Source of the DNA: Eledone cirrhosa
Taxonomy: Eukaryota
Reading direction: 5' to 3'
Length of the DNA stretch: 64,000 nucleotides
NCBI GenBank assembly: GCA_964016885.1
Contig: OZ024751.1
Span: 17,794,001 to 17,858,000 of the forward strand
In this document: positions 28,257 through 43,307 of the stretch, piece by piece
Layout of the letters: every line of letters begins with the position of its first letter
Position numbering within the stretch: position 1 is the first letter of the stretch
Program-made: the position numbers and the translations under genes
The notes under the pieces: model-generated
Database searches by the model: none
The model's input: only the letters and a program-made list of their open reading frames with translations
What the model was told of the DNA's origin: nothing

Positions 28257-28555
28257 TATGTATACATATATACATACATGTGTGTGTAAAACTAAATGAT
28301 AAATCAATAAAAATAAACAATAAATCAATCAGTAAATCAGTAAATAAGTAAATCACAGCAATGCTCCAGAAAGTTCAAACTTTAGACGTAACAGCCACCT
28401 TCGCGAACTCCACTAAGACCGTTTTCTGTTTTTTACGTGTGTCTTCATATATTTGTGTGCCCCTCTCTCTCACGCCTTCTTTTTTATAAACACACACATA
28501 CACAATCACGCGAGTACACATACAAACACCACACACACACACATACACAACACAT

Positions 28556-28619
<64 letters not shown>

Positions 28620-28645
28620 TTTAAGAAGCTAGTCAAAAGGAATCG

Positions 28646-28680
<35 letters not shown>

Positions 28681-28872
28681 GTATATAAAAACACACACAC
28701 ATATATGCATATACATACATTTTAAGAAGCTAGTCGAAAAGAATTGTAAATATATATATATATATATACGTGTGTGTGTGTGTGTGTGTGTACAAACATA
28801 TATATATATATGTGTGTTTATATATACATATATATATATATATTTATAGGTTTAAGAAGCTAGTCGAAGAGA

Positions 28873-28925
<53 letters not shown>

Positions 28926-30189
28926 CATATACACGCACTCACATACGAACACAGGCTCAGACACGCACGCGCACACATATATATCCAACATACACACAAA
29001 CACAAACACCACTAACACAACTGCTGCCACGGTCCATGGCCCCGTGACCTGTCGTCTGCTTGCAAATTTACCCCTTGAAATTTTGGCACCTCGCCCATCG
29101 TTCTATACTCCACGTATACACACACGCACAAACACTCACCACACACTGAGACATGCACACATATACACATAAAGAGATATACACCGACAAGTACATACAC
29201 ATACACACACGCACACATATTCAGACACACAAAAATATTCTCACGCACAGACATGCACACCAAATGTCACGTTTTGTATCCACTCTCAACCATCAATGTA
29301 TACGCATGCACACACACAAACTCACACACATAGACAACAGAAAACAAGAACACACACATACAGACAAACTCACACACACACACATACAAACACGCACACA
29401 TACAAACTCACACACACATCAACAAAAACACGAACACACACACACAAACTCATACACATGGACAACAAAAATACGAACACACACACAAACTCACACATAG
29501 ACAACAAAAACACGAACGCACGCACACACACAAACTCACACACAGCAACAAAATGTCAAACACACACACAAACAAACTCAAACACATAGACAGGAAAAAC
29601 ACGAACACACACACACGCATACGTACATTCACTCACTAAAATTCACAGACGCGCACATATACTCACGATCACATGGACACATAGATATATACACATACAG
29701 AGAGAGACACACACACTGTCATACAGATATATGCACACCAAACGCCATCTTGTCCCCACGATTATAAAACCGGATTTATAACACTTATCCTTGCTATTCC
29801 TAAACACGAACAATTTTTGTTTAAATTACTGGTTTAAGTGTCGCTCCTGACTCTCATCCCCACCCTCTCCCGATATCTCTCCCTCGCCCCTCTAATGCTC
29901 CTCTCTCTCTTCCTCTCTCTCTCTCTCCCTCTCTCTGTTTTTCTCTAGCGACTGATTTTGTTTGTTTTACACACATACAAGCATAATATACATGCATGTA
30001 TAAATTATTGTAGTAAGTATATATAATATAATATAAAATAAAACAAGGACGAGTGGTTACGCCTTCATTATGTTTATTGGTTGGTGACGTGCGTTTCGCC
30101 ACCGATCAGCTCAAGGTTCGATCTGCATAGATCTAGCCCCCATTCTATAATCCGCAGCTCGTCAGACCCTCTTAGTGATAATAAAAAAA

Positions 30190-31580
30190 AATATTTGATC
30201 GGGGTCTGGTTCGGACCGGACCTCCAGGTGGAGAAAAACTGGAACGAGGTCACGGCCAGGGAATTTGCGCTCACCCAGAAGTGGGCAGAGTGCAAACTAT
30301 CCTTGAAAGGTCAAGCGGAGGTGGTGAACACTTTCATAGCGTCCGTCATCTACTACCGCTTGACCGTCGTGCCTTGTTCCCGTGAATACCTCGCCAAGAT
30401 GGAACGCATGCTCTTCCAGTTCCTTTGGAAGTAGAAGGCTCCACTGGTGGGGAGATCCGTCTGCTGCCAGCACCCTTCCAACGGAGGGCTGGGGATGCCG
30501 TGGCTGATGATGCGCAAGCACGCTCTGAGGCTACGGCATCTCCAGGTATTCCTCACCGACCAACCGGTGTGGGCCCCGTTTGTGAGACAGGCCTTCCCGC
30601 AACATGTCTCGCTGACGGAGCTGCAGTCTTGCGTCAAGCGGAGACCAAAGAAAATGGGCGCCTGACACATTGAATGCGCTCAGGCGCTCACAGTTTTCTG
30701 TTAAGCAGGCACAGCAATCAGTGGTGATTCCATGTTGTCATTCTATAGAGGGATGATATGTTACAAGTGCGACGACGTGCTCGGAGAGACTCTGGGCGTC
30801 GAAGACGATGAGCTCACCTGTCTGTTTGGTAGGACTTTCCGCCCGGGATCTATGGATAATTTCCAAAGGACTCTGGCCTGGCAGGGCTACCGAGGAGCTC
30901 TCCCAGTACGCAATAAGATCTACACGCACGGGCGCCCTCAAAGAGGACGTTTCCAGGATGTGAGCGCGACATTGAAACCACTCTGCACGCAATTGTACAC
31001 AGCCCGGGCGTAACCGACCTGTGGAACTACGCAGAATAAATGCTGTCGCGTGTGGGACAAATCCAGTTGACTGCCGAGTCCATAGTAAGGATCAAACCGC
31101 TATCTTCATTTAAAAACGAAAGAGAGGCGGTTTTCCTCTGTATAGTGGCTATGGTAAAAGAGGTTATATGGTGGACAAGATTGAGCGGACTGCGGACACA
31201 TACCTTTCTCTCCCTGACAACAACTGATTCCCTTCTTTAGGTACCACTTTAGATGGAGAATCAGAATGGCGAGAGAGCACTGCACCCCAGTAAATTTACT
31301 GAAAGGTGGGTGAATGTGGCAAAAATGGCCCGAGTGATTAGGTCTTTGTTTATAAGCCTGAAGGTTGAAGAAGAGAGCAAAAGGAAGAAAGGAGCACTTG
31401 AAAAACATGCTCCTGGAGTTGAGGGTTGTTCTATCGACGGGATATACGCCTCCCCTCTATTGGGGATTTGATTGTTATATTTTAATGTTAAAACTTTTTA
31501 CACGACAGTATGTAAAATCCCCACCATAAGTCTTTATATGATCCCCTTTTCTTGTGCGCCCTTGTTGCAAATAAAGAAAT
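30190..31580 (+). pseudogene. 5'-truncated, decayed Tx1/L1-like non-LTR retrotransposon (ORF2 post-RT region and 3' UTR)
   Basis: LIGVWFG...LSLKGQAEVVNTFIASVIYY...FQFLWK*...GGLGMP matches the LGxxF, LSxxG+, FxW and GGLG motifs of L1/Tx1 ORF2. Several stops and frameshifts; ends in AATAAAGAAA followed by (TATC)-like repeats. Confidence 0.88.
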
Positions 31581-32052
31581 ATATCTATTTATCTATTTAT
31601 CTAATTATCTATCTACCTATCTATCTACCTAATTATCTATCCATCTCAGTCACTCCCAAACTCCCATAATTAATTAATTAATCAATATTGTCTTTTGTCT
31701 ATAATTATTACTATCTCTCTGACACTGTTCCTCCTTCTTCCACTTTCCCACTTGTCTAAACCTATCATTGTTTCTCTCTGTCAATCTATTTAACTTTCAT
31801 CTTTCTACCTATTCTCTCTCGTTCGTTTTTAATTCTTCAATTCCTTTATCTTCCCTCTCTCTATAATAGACTCTTTATTTCTCTCTATTAGCCGTCTTTT
31901 TCTAAGTTCTACACCTCCCTCAATATCTATCTATCTATCTATCTAGCCATCTACCTATCTATCTATCTACCTACGTATCTATCTATCTATCTATCTATCT
32001 ACCTCTATCTATCTATCTAGCTAGCTAGCTATCTACCTATCTATCTATCTAT

Positions 32053-32372
32053 TGGGTGAAAGTGGCGAGAATGGCCCGTGTGAATGGGCCTTCACTCTAC
32101 ATCAGACTATAGGTGAGGAAGATGAAAGACCAAGACAGCACCCCTTCTCTGTGCTCCTGAGGAAAAGGGTTGCACACTTTTTTCGGGGGGTGGGCGAACC
32201 CCCAAGGCGCCTCCTCTCTATTGAGGATTTTGTTATAAATTTTATTCTGTTATATTTTATTTTATTTTTATATTTTGTTATTGCCTCCTCCTTATTGAGG
32301 ACGCCTTGTTTTGTAAACTCCCCCCATTGTACTTGTCCCACTTTTGATGCCCTGGTGGCAAATAAAAGAAAC
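32053..32372 (+). mobile_element. Short 3'-end fragment of the same Tx1-like family
   Basis: gggtgaaagtggcgagaatggccc...ggtggcaaataaaagaaa, nearly identical to 33279-33510. Confidence 0.85.
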
Positions 32373-32380
32373 ATATCTAT

Positions 32381-33511
32381 CCTTTGGAAGAAGCGGGCTC
32401 CTATGGTGAGGAGATCCATCTGCTGTCAACACCTTTCGAAAGGAGGGCTGGGGATGCCGTGGCTAATGATACGTAAACACGCATTAAGGCTACGGCACCT
32501 CCAGGTATTCCTCACCGGTCAACCGGTGTGGGCCCCGTTTGTGAGGCGAGCCTTTCCCAGACTCGTCTCACTCACCGAGCTGCAATCCTGGGTCAAGCAA
32601 AGACCGAGAAAACTGGGCGCCTGGCACACCGAGTGTGCCCAGGCGCTCACGGCTCTCTGGCAGGCGGACCCGGCTGTCAGTGGAGAATCCACCTCGTCAT
32701 TCTATAGAGGGCTGGTGGTTAGCAGGTGCGACGACACCCTCGCAGAAGCCCTAGGCATGGAGGAAGACGAACTTGACAACCTGTTCGGTAGGACATTCAG
32801 CCCGGGACCCATGGATAACTTTCAGAGGTCCCTGGCTTGGCAGTGCTACCGAGGGACTCTGCCCGTTCGAGAAAGGCTCTACAGACACGGGCGCCCGGGT
32901 AGGGACCCCTCGAAAAAGATCTGTCCCAGATGCGTGTGCGACGAGGAAACCGTTGCACACGCATTGGTACACTGCTCGGGCATTGCCGATCTGTGGGGCT
33001 ATGTCGAACAACTGCTGTCAAGGGTGGGACCGATCCGGTTGACCACCGAGTCTATTGTAACGATCAAGCCACCTCCCCTCTTCAAAAACGAAGGAGAGGC
33101 GGTGTTTCAGTGCGTAATAGCCATGGCGAAAGAGGTTGTATGGTGGACGCGTCTGAAAGGACTGAGGTCAGACATCTTTCTCTCTGCCAACAACTGGTCC
33201 TTTTCTTCCGATACCATTTCGGAAGAAGGATCAGGATGGAGAGAGAGGTGCTGCACCCCAGCCGTGTTTATGAAAGATGGGTGAAAGTGGCGAGAATGGC
33301 CCATGTGAATGGGCCTTCACTCTACATCAGACTATAAGTGGGAAGATGAAAAATCAAGGGAGCACCCCCGCTCTGTGCTCCAGAGGAGAAGGGTTGTACA
33401 CTTTTTTATACATTGTTATTGCCTCCTCCTTATTGAGGACGCCTTGTTATGTAAACTCCCCCCATTGTACTTGTCCCACTTTTTGATGCCCTGGTGGCAA
33501 ATAAAAAGAAA
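32381..33511 (+). pseudogene. Tx1/L1-like ORF2 C-terminus with CCHC zinc knuckle, plus 3' UTR
   Basis: LWKKRAPMVRRSICCQHLSKGGLGMPWL...CPRCVCDEETVAHALVHC...LWGYVEQ. Frameshift near 33195. Confidence 0.9.
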
Positions 33512-34654
33512 ATTATCTGTCTATCTGTCTGTCTGTCTATCTCTATCTTCATGTATCTTTCCCATTCTGTTTTATCCTTTCCTTCTCTCTCTCTTAAATT
33601 CTTATTCCTCTCCCCCATCTTATCTCCCTCCCTCCCGCCTCTTATTGTCTCCTCTCTTTCACCCTCTCTGTATGTGACTACCACCCACCACTTCTTTCAC
33701 AATCTGTCAAGCGCTCACCATCCCTCCCCTCCTCCCTCTCTCTCTCTCTCTCTATCACAATTTGTCCCTCACCCTTTCCTCCTTTCTCCCCTGCCACTAT
33801 CTCTCACCCTTCCTCCTTCTCCCTCTCTCTCTATCAATAATTTGTCCTTCACTCTTTCGCCATTCCCTCCATCTCGCTCTCTCTCTCTATCTATCTATCT
33901 CCCTCTCTCTCTCTATCTATCTATCTATCTCCCTCTCTCTCTCTCTCTCTCTCGCTTTCTCCCTCCCTCTCCCCCCTACTCCCCCTCTCTCTCAATCAAT
34001 CTCTCCCTCTCTCTCTATCCCCCTGTCTCTCTCTCTCTCCTTCTCCCCCTCTCTCCCTCAATCGCTCTGCCCCTTTTTATACGTCTGCTCCGCTGAAACC
34101 CAAACAAGCGCGTACGGTCACGTGTCCCATCACGTGCACAACACGTAGGAGCGTACGAAGCACTCGTACGTCATACAGTAACAGGCCTCCTGCCACAACT
34201 GAAGTAGGGTTCCCTATTTTCCTTCACTCAAACACTACTTTATACTTGCACTATGTTGCCATATGTGGCCCCTGGTTCACTCGTTCTTCACGCTTTCCTT
34301 TAAACACTTCCTTCAGGAGAGATTAAGCACACACGCACGCACATGCGCATGACTGCGCACACATGCAAACACATATATACATTCACCGAATCGTGCAAAT
34401 ACTGACACGAGTAAACATACGCACATAGACAAACAATGCAAGCAATGTGTGTGTGTGTGTGGGGGGGGGGGGGCATTTGTATATGTTTGTATTTGTATCT
34501 TAAGTTTTTTTCATTTATTGTATTGGTCAGGAGGAAGCATCGTTGTCTATATCTTCGACAGGCTCTCCAAGACTGGCGAGATTATCCTGGTTTAACCCTT
34601 CCCTTAACAATGAAACACACGGCCTGTCCTGTGTTATTCAAATTATAATAGAGG

Positions 34655-35003
34655 TTCCAATACTCAAGTTATGGCTTCAAAAATGTTCACGATTGGGGGT
34701 TTAATCCCCATTAGGGTATCTTAATATTATTGAAATTTGCTGAAATTTTGTGAATAGGCATGATATCTTGTCATTTATCAATGGTTTAAATTTCATATAA
34801 ATCGAAGGGAAAAATGTTCATCGGGGTGTGGGCCCCCGGGGAAACCTTTGATTAAAATGAAATATACTTATCCAGGTACCCAGGGCAATGTAGTTTCAGA
34901 ATATATATGGTTATGTGGGTTTATCTCCAAAACCATAGGAGGAGTTCGTGGACAAACAAAGAAACAAACAAACAGACAGGAACTACAACTTTTTATATAT
35001 AGA
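34655..35003 (+). mobile_element. Probable DINE-1/HINE-like Helentron derivative
   Basis: Ends in ggaggagttcgtggacaaac(aaac)n agacagg...cttttatatatagat. Confidence 0.4.
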
Positions 35004-35740
35004 TGTGTGTGTGTGCGTGCGGTGTGCCCATGAATGTTTGAGTATCTATACTTACTTGATATAAATAAAGTGATTTTTTAGTCGGTTCATATACTATCCA
35101 ACTGCCACGTCAATTGCAACTATGTATTATGAAGCCAAACCTGTAACTGTAATTAATTGAACGTTGGCTGATAGGCGAATAAACTTCGAAACGTCTAGAT
35201 ATCTCTCAAGGTAATGAGACATTATCAGTGATAATATATCTCGCTTGAATGAACTAAAATTGTATAATCTAAGTTTATGTAAGGCTGTCAACAATAGATC
35301 TCCAGGTATGTAATGAATCTAAACATCACAATTTATTATATTTTCACCAGTGTCTGAATACATGTTTCAATGAAATTCTGAGGTAGATATTTATTTTCCA
35401 GAAAATATAGACTGACTGCTTAGTTCATTTGATAATTCTTGCTCGATATTATTTGTCAGACAATTGACATATAAACAATTGCGATATATCTGATGGTCAA
35501 CTAGTTCAACAGCGGCTGAGGAGATGAATATAGACCAGAGCATCTACTAATTAAATGTTCTATATTTGAGGTTCATTCTTCCCGTTTGTTTAATTCACAA
35601 ATTTATAGGTATCTACAACATGTTGCATCATTGTACACTGTTAGTAGTTAAATACACCTAGCTGAGATGAGGAAAAAGTAGCACCGTCAAAATATATTCG
35701 AGTATAGTATAAATATAAATTAGATAAATATAAATAAATA

Positions 35741-36890
35741 AAAATATAAATAGATAAATAGATATATATATGTATGGATGGATATAGATAAATGAATAAA
35801 ATATAAATAGATAAATAGATATATATATGTATGGATGGATATAGATAAATGAATAAAATATAAATAGATAAATAGATATATATATGTATGGATGGATATA
35901 GATAAATGAATAAAATATAAATAGATAAATAGATATATATATGTATGGATGGATATAGATAAATGAATAAAATATAAATAGATAAATAGATATATATATG
36001 TATGGATGGATATAGATAAATGAATAAAATATAAATAGATAAATAGATATATATATGTATGGATGGATATAGATAAATGAATAAAATATAAATAGATAAA
36101 TAGATATATATATGTATGGATGGATATAGATAAATGAATAAAATATAAATAGATAAATAGATATATATATGTATGGATGGATATAGATAAATGAATAAAA
36201 TATAAATAGATAAATAGATATATATATGTATGGATGGATATAGATAAATGAATAAAATATAAATAGATAAATAGATATATATATGTATGGATGGATATAG
36301 ATAAATGAATAAAATATAAATAGATAAATAGATATATATATGTATGGATGGATATAGATAAATGAATAAAATATAAATAGATAAATAGATATATATATAT
36401 GTATGGATGGATATAGATAAATGAATAAAATATAAATAGATAAATAGATATATATATGTATGGATGGATATAGATAAATGAATAAAATATAAATAGATAA
36501 ATAGATATATATATGTATGGATGGATATAGATAAATGAATAAAATATAAATAGATAAATAGATATATATGTATGGATGTATATAGATAAATGAATAAAAT
36601 ATAAATAGATAAATAGATATATATATGTATGGATGGATATAGATAAATGAAAAAAATATAAATAGATAAATAGATATATATATGTATGGATGGATATAGA
36701 TAAATGAATAAAATATAAATAGATAAATAGATATATATATGTATGGATGGATATAGATAAATGAATAAAATATAAATAGATAAATAGATATATATATGTA
36801 TGGATGGATATAGATAAATGAATAAAATATAAATAGATAAATAGATATATATATGTATGGATGGATATAGATAAATGAATAAAATATAAA
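35741..36890. repeat. Highly homogeneous 57-bp minisatellite, about 20 copies
   Basis: Unit aaaatataaatagataaatagatatatatatgtatggatggatatagataaatgaat. It explains the 19-aa repeat in ORF 35720..37024. Confidence 0.95.
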
Positions 36891-36951
36891 TGTATATATG
36901 TATATATAAATATGAATTGCTTTACGTTCTCTAAGTTTATCATATTATTTG

Positions 36952-37146
36952 TGGCGGTTGATTGGCAGTATCGGTAAAGGGTCGGACGCCATGCTTTGAC
37001 GCATAGAGTTACGGCCCTTGCCATTCTGAGTTCAAATCCCGCCGAGGTTAACTTTGGCTTTCATCCTTACGGGGGTCGATAAAATAGAGTACCAGTAATG
37101 TACTGGGTATTTGCTGGCCTTGTGCCAAAAAGTAGAAACAATTATT
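36952..37146 (+). mobile_element. tRNA-derived SINE copy
   Basis: Match to the 1135 family. Confidence 0.85.
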
Positions 37147-37243
37147 TGTGTTATATAAATGTTGAGTGTTGGGGAATTAACTTACTACCACTACAGGAAT
37201 TGAAGATTCAAGACCTCAGCGGTATGTTGTATAACCAATCTCA

Positions 37244-37310
37244 TATATTTTATCTGATGAAAACGTACTGAAACACCAATGTACCTTTGAAATATGTATA
37301 ATAAAATATA
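37244..37310 (+). ncRNA. Type I hammerhead ribozyme (family F variant)
   Basis: TATATTTTAT-CTGATGA-AAAcGTAC...GTACcTTT-GAA-ATATGTAT-A-ATAAAATATA, with a 10-bp stem I. Confidence 0.82.
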
Positions 37311-37476
37311 TACTTTGGTTATGATAATATTTCTCATTTATTAATATTTAGAATATTATATATTTATATATATATATATGTGTGTGCGTGTGTGCGTGTG
37401 CGTGCGCGCGTGTGTGTGTTATATACATATATATGTATATTATATATATACATAATATATTTTATAAATATATATA

Positions 37477-37521
<45 letters not shown>

Positions 37522-37736
37522 TATGTATACATAAATGCGTACACACAAAAAACATACTTAAATGTATACCTTCATACATACATATATACGTGCATACATA
37601 CATACATACATACATACATACCTACATACATACATACATACATACATACATACATACATACATACCTAGAAATGTAAAACATGTTCCCTGTTGCTGATTG
37701 AGCGAGGTGTGACAGATACGTGCAGTCACTCGTATA

Positions 37737-37772
<36 letters not shown>

Positions 37773-37883
37773 ACATATACACACATACACACATACACAT
37801 TCAAGCATACATACACATCATATATCCTACAACACTGTCATTAAAGTGAGATAACTATATATCTGATTGTATATGACTATATC

Positions 37884-37925
<42 letters not shown>

Positions 37926-38146
37926 TCCTTATACATAAACACACACAAACATATACATATATATGTGTAAGTGCGTCTCTCTTGCTCTCGCACTCTATGT
38001 CTCTCTCTCTCTCTTTCTCACTCCCCCCCCCCCTGTCTCTATATATATGCATATATATAATATATATATATATGCACACACACACCAACACACATACATA
38101 TATGTATATATATATATATATATATATACATACATTATATATATAC

Positions 38147-38199
<53 letters not shown>

Positions 38200-38215
38200 T
38201 ACACACATGTATATA

Positions 38216-38246
<31 letters not shown>

Positions 38247-40574
38247 CTATTTACACACATATACACACACATACATATATATATATTATATATATACACT
38301 ACCAAGTAGTAACATATACCATTCGTTGTCATCGATACAATTATAGAATTGAGATAAAATTTAAGGTGACGGGTGAAGGGTACCGAACTAATCTGGCTAT
38401 GGCATCTCTTAACAACAACAACAACAATAACATCAACAATAACATCAAAAATAACAACAACAATAACAACAACATTAACATCAACAATAACAACAACAAT
38501 AACAACAACAATAACATCAACAATAACATCAACAATAACAACAATAACAACAACATTAACATCAACAATAACAACAACAATAACATCAACAATAACAACA
38601 ACAATAACATCAACAATAACATCAACAACAACAACAACAATAACATCACAATAACAACAATAACATCAACAATAACAACAACAAAACAACAACAAAACAA
38701 CAACAATAACAACAACAATAACATCAACAATAACAACAACAAAACAACAACAATAACATCAACAATAACATTAACAATAGCAACATTAACATCAACAATA
38801 ACAACAACAACAACAATAACATCAACAATAACATCAACAATAACATCAACAAAAACATCAACAATAACAACAATAACATCAACAATAACAACAACAAAAC
38901 AACAACAATACAAACAATAACAACAAAGACAGCAGCAACAACTTCAACAATACATCAACAACAACAGCAACAATCCCATCATCATCAACAACAACAACAA
39001 CAATGACGACACCAACAGCTATAGCAACAACAACAACAGCAACAACGACACCAACAGCTATACCAACAACAACAACAATGACGACACCAACAGCAATACC
39101 ACCACCACCAACAACAACAACGACACCAACAGCAATACCAACAACAGCAACAACAATAACAACAGCAACAGCAATACCACCACCAACAACAACAACAACA
39201 ATGACACCAACAGCAATACCACCACCACCAACAACAACAACAACAACAATGACACCAACAGCAATACCACCACCAACAAAAGCAACAACGACACCAACAA
39301 CAACAACGACACCAACAACAATACCAACAACAACAACAACGACACCAGCAGCTATACCATCAACAACAACAACGACACTAACAGCTATACCACCACCACC
39401 AACAACAATACCAACTCCAACAACAACAACAACAATGACGACACCAACACCAATAACATCAACATCTCTTGGTGATAGTTACGTATGGCTGGTTGATAGT
39501 GGTGATGGCATGTTAGGTAGAAGAGGGCATGGGTGGAGCGGTAGGTTAGTTGAAGGGTGGGAGAGAATCAAGTGGGGGGGATAAGATAGCAGATTGTAAG
39601 GAGGGGTGAGGCATGGATTGTAAGGTGAAGGAGCGTGGATTGTAAGGAGGGGGGCACGGGTTGTAAAGAACTGTAAGTAGACAGAGAGGGGGGGGGGCGA
39701 CTCTAAGGAGAGGAGACGGGGTTGTATGTATAGAGATGATAGTGTGGTATTGATAGAGAGAAGTAGCATAGGTGGTGATAGTTGTGGTGGTGGGTTGGTT
39801 GTGGTGGAGGTGGCAGTGATAGTTGTGGACGAGGATTGATTGTGGAGGTGGTGGTGGTGGTGGTAGAGGTGGCGGTGATAGTTGTGGAAGAGGGTTGGTT
39901 GTGGAGGAGGTGGCAGTGATAGTTGTGGACGAGGATTGATTGTGGAGGTGGTGGTGGTGGTGGTAGAGGTGGCGGTGATAGTTGTGGAAGAGGGTTGGTT
40001 GTGGAGGAGGTGGTGGTGATGGTATTGGTGGCAGTGGTGGCGGTGATAGTTGTGGAGGAGGATTGGGTGTGGAAGAGGTGGTGGTGGTGGTGGGGTTAGT
40101 CGTCGTCAAAACATATATACATTTATATATAATAGGGAGTTGACGGACCCAGCATATTTATTAATTTCTCTGTCTGCATATGTTATACAACAATGCATAA
40201 TCGGTGTATGTGGCTTCATCAGCGGGTATCGCCTAATCAATAACCAATGGATCGACAGAATCCAAACCCCAGCCCAAGCCGGCTATGACTGTTTGTGACG
40301 GCCGTACAGAGTAAAGTGATTAGCAACTGGAATCCGAAACAATTCTGTCTCTCGACCAGCGACCGATTTACAAACTTTACATGGTGGCGGAAGAATAGAA
40401 AACAAAGCTTTTCGTTCCCGTCAAAAGCTCTCAGCCAACGTTATATATACACAAATATTGGTTCGTCAAGTATGAAATGTGTAGAAATTTATATTTAAAA
40501 AAATAGAAATTTCTACAAGTTTCATACTTGATGACCCTATACATACATTACATTATACATTACATACCTACATG

Positions 40575-41137
<563 letters not shown>

Positions 41138-41193
41138 CTACTACTACTTTGATCTTGTCTTCTCTAGATTTTAGTCTTCATATATATATATAT

Positions 41194-41470
41194 ATATTCA
41201 TTTAGGTTTGTTGGTTCACCAATGGATAGAACTGGTCATTCCGTATGGTCAACCTCGATGTAATATTAGGGAGAGCACTCGACGTAATGCAGTTCACCCG
41301 TCTTCGTTTGTATTGTTGGTGGTGCGAGTACGAAGTTAATTATTATAAAACAACATGAGGTTGGACTGGTGGAATTCCTTAAAGGTTTAGTATACTAGGA
41401 ACATTTCAATGACCGGGTTCAGTATGAATCCGGTGACATCCTCAGGTATTCGAAATTTAACATTTATTTT
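41194..41470 (-). mobile_element. Family D single arm with a decayed hammerhead (core CTGAGGA) at ~41390-41449
   Basis: Homologous to 53442-53712. Minus strand reads ATAC-CTGAGGA-tgtcACCGG...CCGGTcatt-GAAAtgttccT-A-GTAT. Confidence 0.75.
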
Positions 41471-41694
41471 ATAATATATATATATATATATTATATATAT
41501 ATATGTATGTATGTATATAAACGCACACACACAACACATTCTAGAGGTTACACGCTATCTTTAAGATAGTGTGTTGGCAGTGCTATAAGCTATTATATTG
41601 AGATATTCCTGTACATTTTTACATGAGAGTGACTAAATAACGTAAGACATGAGACCAAGGCGATGTTTGGGATGTGGAACCGAATGTCGTATTA

Positions 41695-42035
41695 TAGTGG
41701 TGATGGTTATAAAGAGGTGGATGGTGAAGGTTATAGTGTTTGATGGTGATGGTTATAAAGAGGTGGGTGGTGAAGTTTATAGTGTTTGATGGTGATGGTT
41801 ATAACGAGGTGGATGGTGAAGTTTATAGTGTTTGATGGTGATGGTTATAGTGTTTGGTGGTGATGGTTATAGTGTTTGGTGGTGATGGTTATAGTGTTTG
41901 ATGGTGATGGTTATAACGAGGTTGATGGTGATGGTTATAACGAAGTTGATGGTGTTTGATGGTGATGGTTATAACGAGGTGGATGGTGAAGTTTATAGTG
42001 TTTGGTGGTGATGGTTATAACGAGATGGATGGTGA
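41695..42035. repeat. Degenerate minisatellite (ggtgatggttata subunits)
   Basis: Tandem units of 20-45 bp. Confidence 0.8.
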
Positions 42036-42333
42036 TTGTTTTTACGTTGTTGCAGTTTGATGTTTTTTTGTTGCTTGTTGCACCGAAGTTATTGCAGCAA
42101 TGAAAAAGCAATGATCGAACTATCTTCAGCAATGTGTCGTTAACAATCTCACATCACTTCTTCTGATTCCATTCACACCTTCCCACCTTCTCCTACTACT
42201 AAACCTCATCATCATGATCATCACCATCATCTTGATCATGATGATGATGATCACCATCATCATCATCATATCATCATCATCATCATCATCATATCATCAC
42301 TATCACCACCATCATCACCATCCTCATCAACAC

Positions 42334-42364
<31 letters not shown>

Positions 42365-42915
42365 GTCACCACCCCATCATCATCATCACCATCAACACCA
42401 TCATCATCCTCATTACCATCACCAACATCATCATCATCATCACCATCACCATCATCATCATCATCACCATCAAACATCATCATCACCATCATCATCATCA
42501 TGATCTTTGTCTTCTACCTTCTCATTTCCCTAATTGCCCTCTTCCAACCCTTCTTCAATTTCCCTCCTCCTACTCCTCCTCATCTCCATCGTTGTCTCCC
42601 ACCTCCTCCTCTCACTAATTGTTCTCTTCCGACCCCTCTTAGTTATCCTCCTCCACCTCACCCCACCCCCTCTCCATTTGTTCCTTTCTCTAATAAGGTT
42701 CAATCATTTTTTTTTTGTTTTTATGTTATTAACATAGTTGCACTTGTGACCAATAAAAACCTACGTCGTGTGATTAATGGCCTGAGAACTCACTGGCAGG
42801 AAGAAGGGAGACTTCGTAGACACATGAAACACTTAAAAACTGAAGGACTTATACTGGTAATACACAATACTACTACTACTACTACTACTGCTACTACTAC
42901 TACTACTACTACTAC

Positions 42916-42954
<39 letters not shown>

Positions 42955-42958
<4 letters not shown>

Positions 42959-43305
42959 TGTTTCTACTTTAGGCACAAGGCCAACAAATATCCAGTGCAT
43001 TACTGGTACTTTATTTTATCGACCCCGTAAGGATGAAAGGCAAAGTCAACGTCGGCGGGATTTGAACTCAGATCGTAAAGGGACGTAACTATGCTGGAAA
43101 GCATGGCGTCCGACCCTCTACTGATACTGCCAATCCACCGCCCTGATTTCTAGTATAGGCACAAGGCCAGTAATTTTGGGGGAGGGGAAAGTCGATTAAA
43201 TTGACCCCAGTGCGTGACTGGTACTTTATTTTATCAACCCCGTAGGGATGGAAGGCAAAGTTAACTTCGGCGGGATTTGAACTCAGACCATAAATGGACG
43301 TAACT
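42955..43305 (-). mobile_element. Two tandem tRNA-derived SINE copies
   Basis: ggatttgaactcag at about 43058 and 43273. Confidence 0.85.
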
Positions 43306-43307
43306 CT

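Noticed and set aside
28620-28876. Three ttaagaagctagtc.aa.agaat repeats with spacers (CRISPR-like)
   Set aside because: The spacers are TA/CA microsatellites, the context is eukaryotic and there are no cas genes. This is a local tandem duplication.
32052-33284. 410-aa ORF as a gene
   Set aside because: It is a chance fusion of a LINE 3'-end fragment and a second truncated LINE ORF2 piece. It has no RT core and a frameshift near the end.
35720-37024. 434-aa repeat ORF
   Set aside because: It is the translation of the 57-bp tandem array plus a SINE.
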